From assembly GCA_964187785.1 (NCBI GenBank), contig OZ076414.1, positions 30,690,001 to 30,754,000 of the forward strand: a DNA stretch of 64,000 nucleotides. Reading direction: 5' to 3'. The DNA comes from Amphiscolops sp. MND2022 (Eukaryota). Both the position numbers and the translations under genes were made by a program. Position 1 is the first letter of the stretch. The number at the start of each line of letters is the position of its first letter. Positions 61,079 to 64,000 of the stretch are shown here, piece after piece. Under the pieces are notes generated by a model. The model saw only the letters and a program-made list of their open reading frames with translations. It searched no databases and had not been told where the DNA came from.

Positions 61079-64000
61079 TTCCCCGATCCACTATTGGCTG
61101 GTGATCGGCCAATGGAGGCGTTCTGCTTTCTGTTGTGGCGGTCAGTCCTCCACTGGTCCCGTGTTTGAAGGACGGTTAACCGTCCCTGGCAGTTTGATCT
61201 GTTCCGGTATGCAATGGCCGTAACGTCTGAACTTGGTTCTTTGACCGGTCTAAGGTTGTCGTCTTTCCTCTCCGGTTGAGCTTCTGGTTGACTTGGTGTG
61301 GCCTCCGAGTTCAGTCTTTCTACGGTGTTTCCTGTAACCATGACAAACAGTTTTATTATATCTAACGATTGGGTTAGTTTTTGTCAACCTCTTTGATCTG
61401 AGTATAGTTTCCTTTTCTTCAGAGTCAATTTCAGTACTTGAGCTCAGGTTACTTGCTACGGCTAGATAAGAATTTTGTAGGTTGTCTTCTAGTGTGTTCG
61501 AATAAGTGTTATTATCAGTAAATACCTAACTGTTCTCATCTCGGATAAAAAATTCCAGGTCTGCGCATTTAGCGTCTTCTATAGCACAGTCTCTTTCCGT
61601 GGCCGTCATATTTGTTGCTTTAATGGTCAATGGGCTGGTCCGTGCTGCTTCCCGGCATAGGTGTGTTGGTTGGTGTTTGTGGGGAGTTCGGGCTGGTACG
61701 ATCTTTGACTAGCTTTGGTCCACCTCGTCCGAACGTACTCTTTCTGAGGGGCGTGTTGTCGAGAGGTTCTGGCATCTTTGGACTCTCTGTGTCCATTAAT
61801 GGCGTCTCTGATCCGCTGTCCGATTCTATCACCATTGCCCATTTTTGTTTGGATGGTGATATTATAAATCGGCCGTCCGGTCCGCGTGGCCCGATCCCTC
61901 TGTTGCTTTTTTCTTGATTTAAATCAGAGATAGGTTTACGTATCACTTTCCTTATGTAATACTCTTCTGTTTGGAGTCGTGCCCGATATTGCTAATTGTG
62001 GTTTATCGCAATGCTTTTTCAAATTTGTTTCCTTTGTGTTTTTTCTGTAAAAATAAAAAAAGATAAAAACTAACTTCTTTTGTGTTTTTTCTCGGCTTTG
62101 ATAGCAGCTGGTCAGACACATCGCTAGCTCCACATAATCAAAATACCTGTAAGGTATCTGGTATCGCTGAAACGTAACATTTTCTTAACTTTTCGATTTC
62201 ATCAAGGTTTAGAAAGTGGCTTATCTCCGTATTTGGTTTTCTGCCATAGTGGAGTTCAGAAGCGCATTTTTGTGGTCGTGTGTGAGGTGTTTTTCTCATT
62301 ACGTCCAGTGACATATCCAGGGCCCTACCGAAACGTTCTCCGGCTTTAATGTTTGTTAAAAGGTTTTCTTTCAGAGTTCTGAGCCCCCGTTCTACCAAGC
62401 CGGTGGGTGTATGGATATACGATGGCCCGTATTATAATTTGCTGTAGTGGTTTTTGCAGAAGTCTCTGAACAGACGTCCCGTGAAAGCGGTAGCTTTATC
62501 CGTTCTAATTGTTTTTGGTATACCACTTAGCTGGATGTATTGTTCAAGAAATTTTACCGCCGCCTCGCTGTCCGTAGATGTACAAAAGCTTACCGCCTGC
62601 CAATTACTGATCCCGTCCATGGATAATTTCATTTAAAATTCGTGAATCCAGGGCATTTTTTACCGACTTGTCCTTCTTTACCGTATTTGCAGCCGGACTG
62701 ACGAAACAGTTTTTGTCAATGTTGTTTGCTTTTTCAATGTGGTCTTGTTTCATGAGTTCATCGACTTCTTTTCCGAACGATTGTTGTAAGTGGATCGGTA
62801 TTGATCTTCCTTTTTGCTGTATTAATTTTACGTTTTCCTTTAGCTGTATTTTCACTTCGAGTCCGTTCACGGTGTGATTCTCGTTGAAAAGTTTTTTGAA
62901 TTTTCTTTTTAGGATTGTTATGTTCTGATCTTCCGTTATGTGATTCATCTGTGGATCGGTCTTACTTGTATCCAGCGTTATTCCCATTTTCTCTCTCCAG
63001 TCCAAACCTAATAAAATGTTGGTTCTCTTTGTTGTTACCAGGACTTCGAGGTTGTTTCGCTTCCCGTCTATTTCTACTGTTGCGATTGTCTTTCCTTCGA
63101 ATCTAATCCGATTGACCTTTACATCTCTATATTCGGTTTCATTTGGCTTCAGTAGCGTTATTCTGTTGAATTGTGATTTCGGTATCAAGGTTACCGGTGA
63201 GCCGCTATTTATTATAAATTTGATTGATCGGTTATTGACCAATGCTGTAAGAGTGTAGAATTCCGGACCATCCTTTTTCATTGGCGTGTTGAATGAATCT
63301 TTTGATTTACTGAATGGTTTTTTGTAATTTCCTGTATGCGGTTTACTCTTTTGTTAGTTCTACAACATTTCGCGTAGTTGCCGAACTTTTCGCTTTTCGA
63401 ACATTTCTTTCTTCTAGCTGGGCATTCGTGCTGTCAAGACCAGTTAGGTGCTCCGCATTTAATGAAGTATATTATTTGAATTTAGCAGGTTTATCCAATG
63501 GTTCTTTCGTACTTCTTGTCTTTCTTCTATTGAGATATTTTCTTCTCATCTTCTGTTTCTAGTGAGTCGTTCAATCTCCCATACATGTACTCGTGTAGTG
63601 CTTCGGTAATTGCCTCCATTGACACGTTGCTTTTTCTGAATTTTTTCTTGAGGTCATAATCGCCAGTCGATTTTACAATTACAGAAAAATATATTGAAGC
63701 CACAAGTTCCGCTGCGGTTATTGTTTCGAATTCGCAGTTTCTCTCGACTTCTAATATCCGTTTCCAGACGTCTCCCGCGGACTCGTCATCTACTCGTTTC
63801 AGGTCGAAGAAATCGCCTCTGCTGTGTTGAACGTTTCTCTCCGGTGTGAAATGTAGTCGGAATTATGTGTATAATTTGTATAACGGTAGTTAGCTTGGCT
63901 CTCTCTCTCTAACCGTTTTGATCATTTACGTGATAGCACTTTGTCCAATTGCCCACAAAAATATGTCTTGTATCTCTGTTTCTAATTGATCGCGGTATTG
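60808..64000 (-). mobile_element. Internally deleted Ty3/Gypsy (element D), 5' end probably beyond the window
   Basis: 3' LTR, PPT GATCGGGGAA (61088-61079), integrase remnants (TDKATAF, VERGLRTLKE), protease remnant FIINSGS, gag remnants; RT/RNase H missing. Confidence 0.85.

Noticed and set aside
40556-63562. Many 60-170 aa ORFs antisense to gag-pol fragments, and 32520-32858, 37027-37260, 37701-37928 in the Polinton
   Set aside because: Shadow ORFs of real coding sequence on the other strand; no independent motifs.

Overview
AT-rich animal (invertebrate-like) genomic window; I cannot name the species. No rRNA, tRNA or CRISPR array is supportable. About 1-23 kb holds the 3' two-thirds of a + strand CELF3-6 (Bruno-3/UNC-75-type) RNA-binding protein gene: end of RRM2, several linker exons and RRM3, with RRM1/2 lying upstream of the window. 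The rest is a transposon cluster. It contains a complete but decaying 14.7-kb Polinton/Maverick (24484-39190; 170-bp TIRs, 6-bp TSD GACTAT) and a degenerate Ty3/Gypsy (~40.2-45.2 kb). Next come a full-length Ty3/Gypsy (46090-51493, TSD GTTAT), a full-length BEL/Pao (52493-60679, TSD AAACG) and an internally deleted Gypsy running off the window end. The best candidate for an undescribed system is an intact antisense 415-aa ORF inside the BEL/Pao element with a complete JmjC 2OG/Fe(II) dioxygenase motif set (KDM2/KDM7-like), a possible transposon-borne anti-silencing enzyme. Also notable: 9 of 11 identifiable Polinton start codons sit in a poxvirus-late-like TAAATG, the Polinton has two different packaging-type ATPases, and the CELF gene has a candidate microexon and a frame-switch exon. 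All protein assignments come from manual motif recognition, not database searches.
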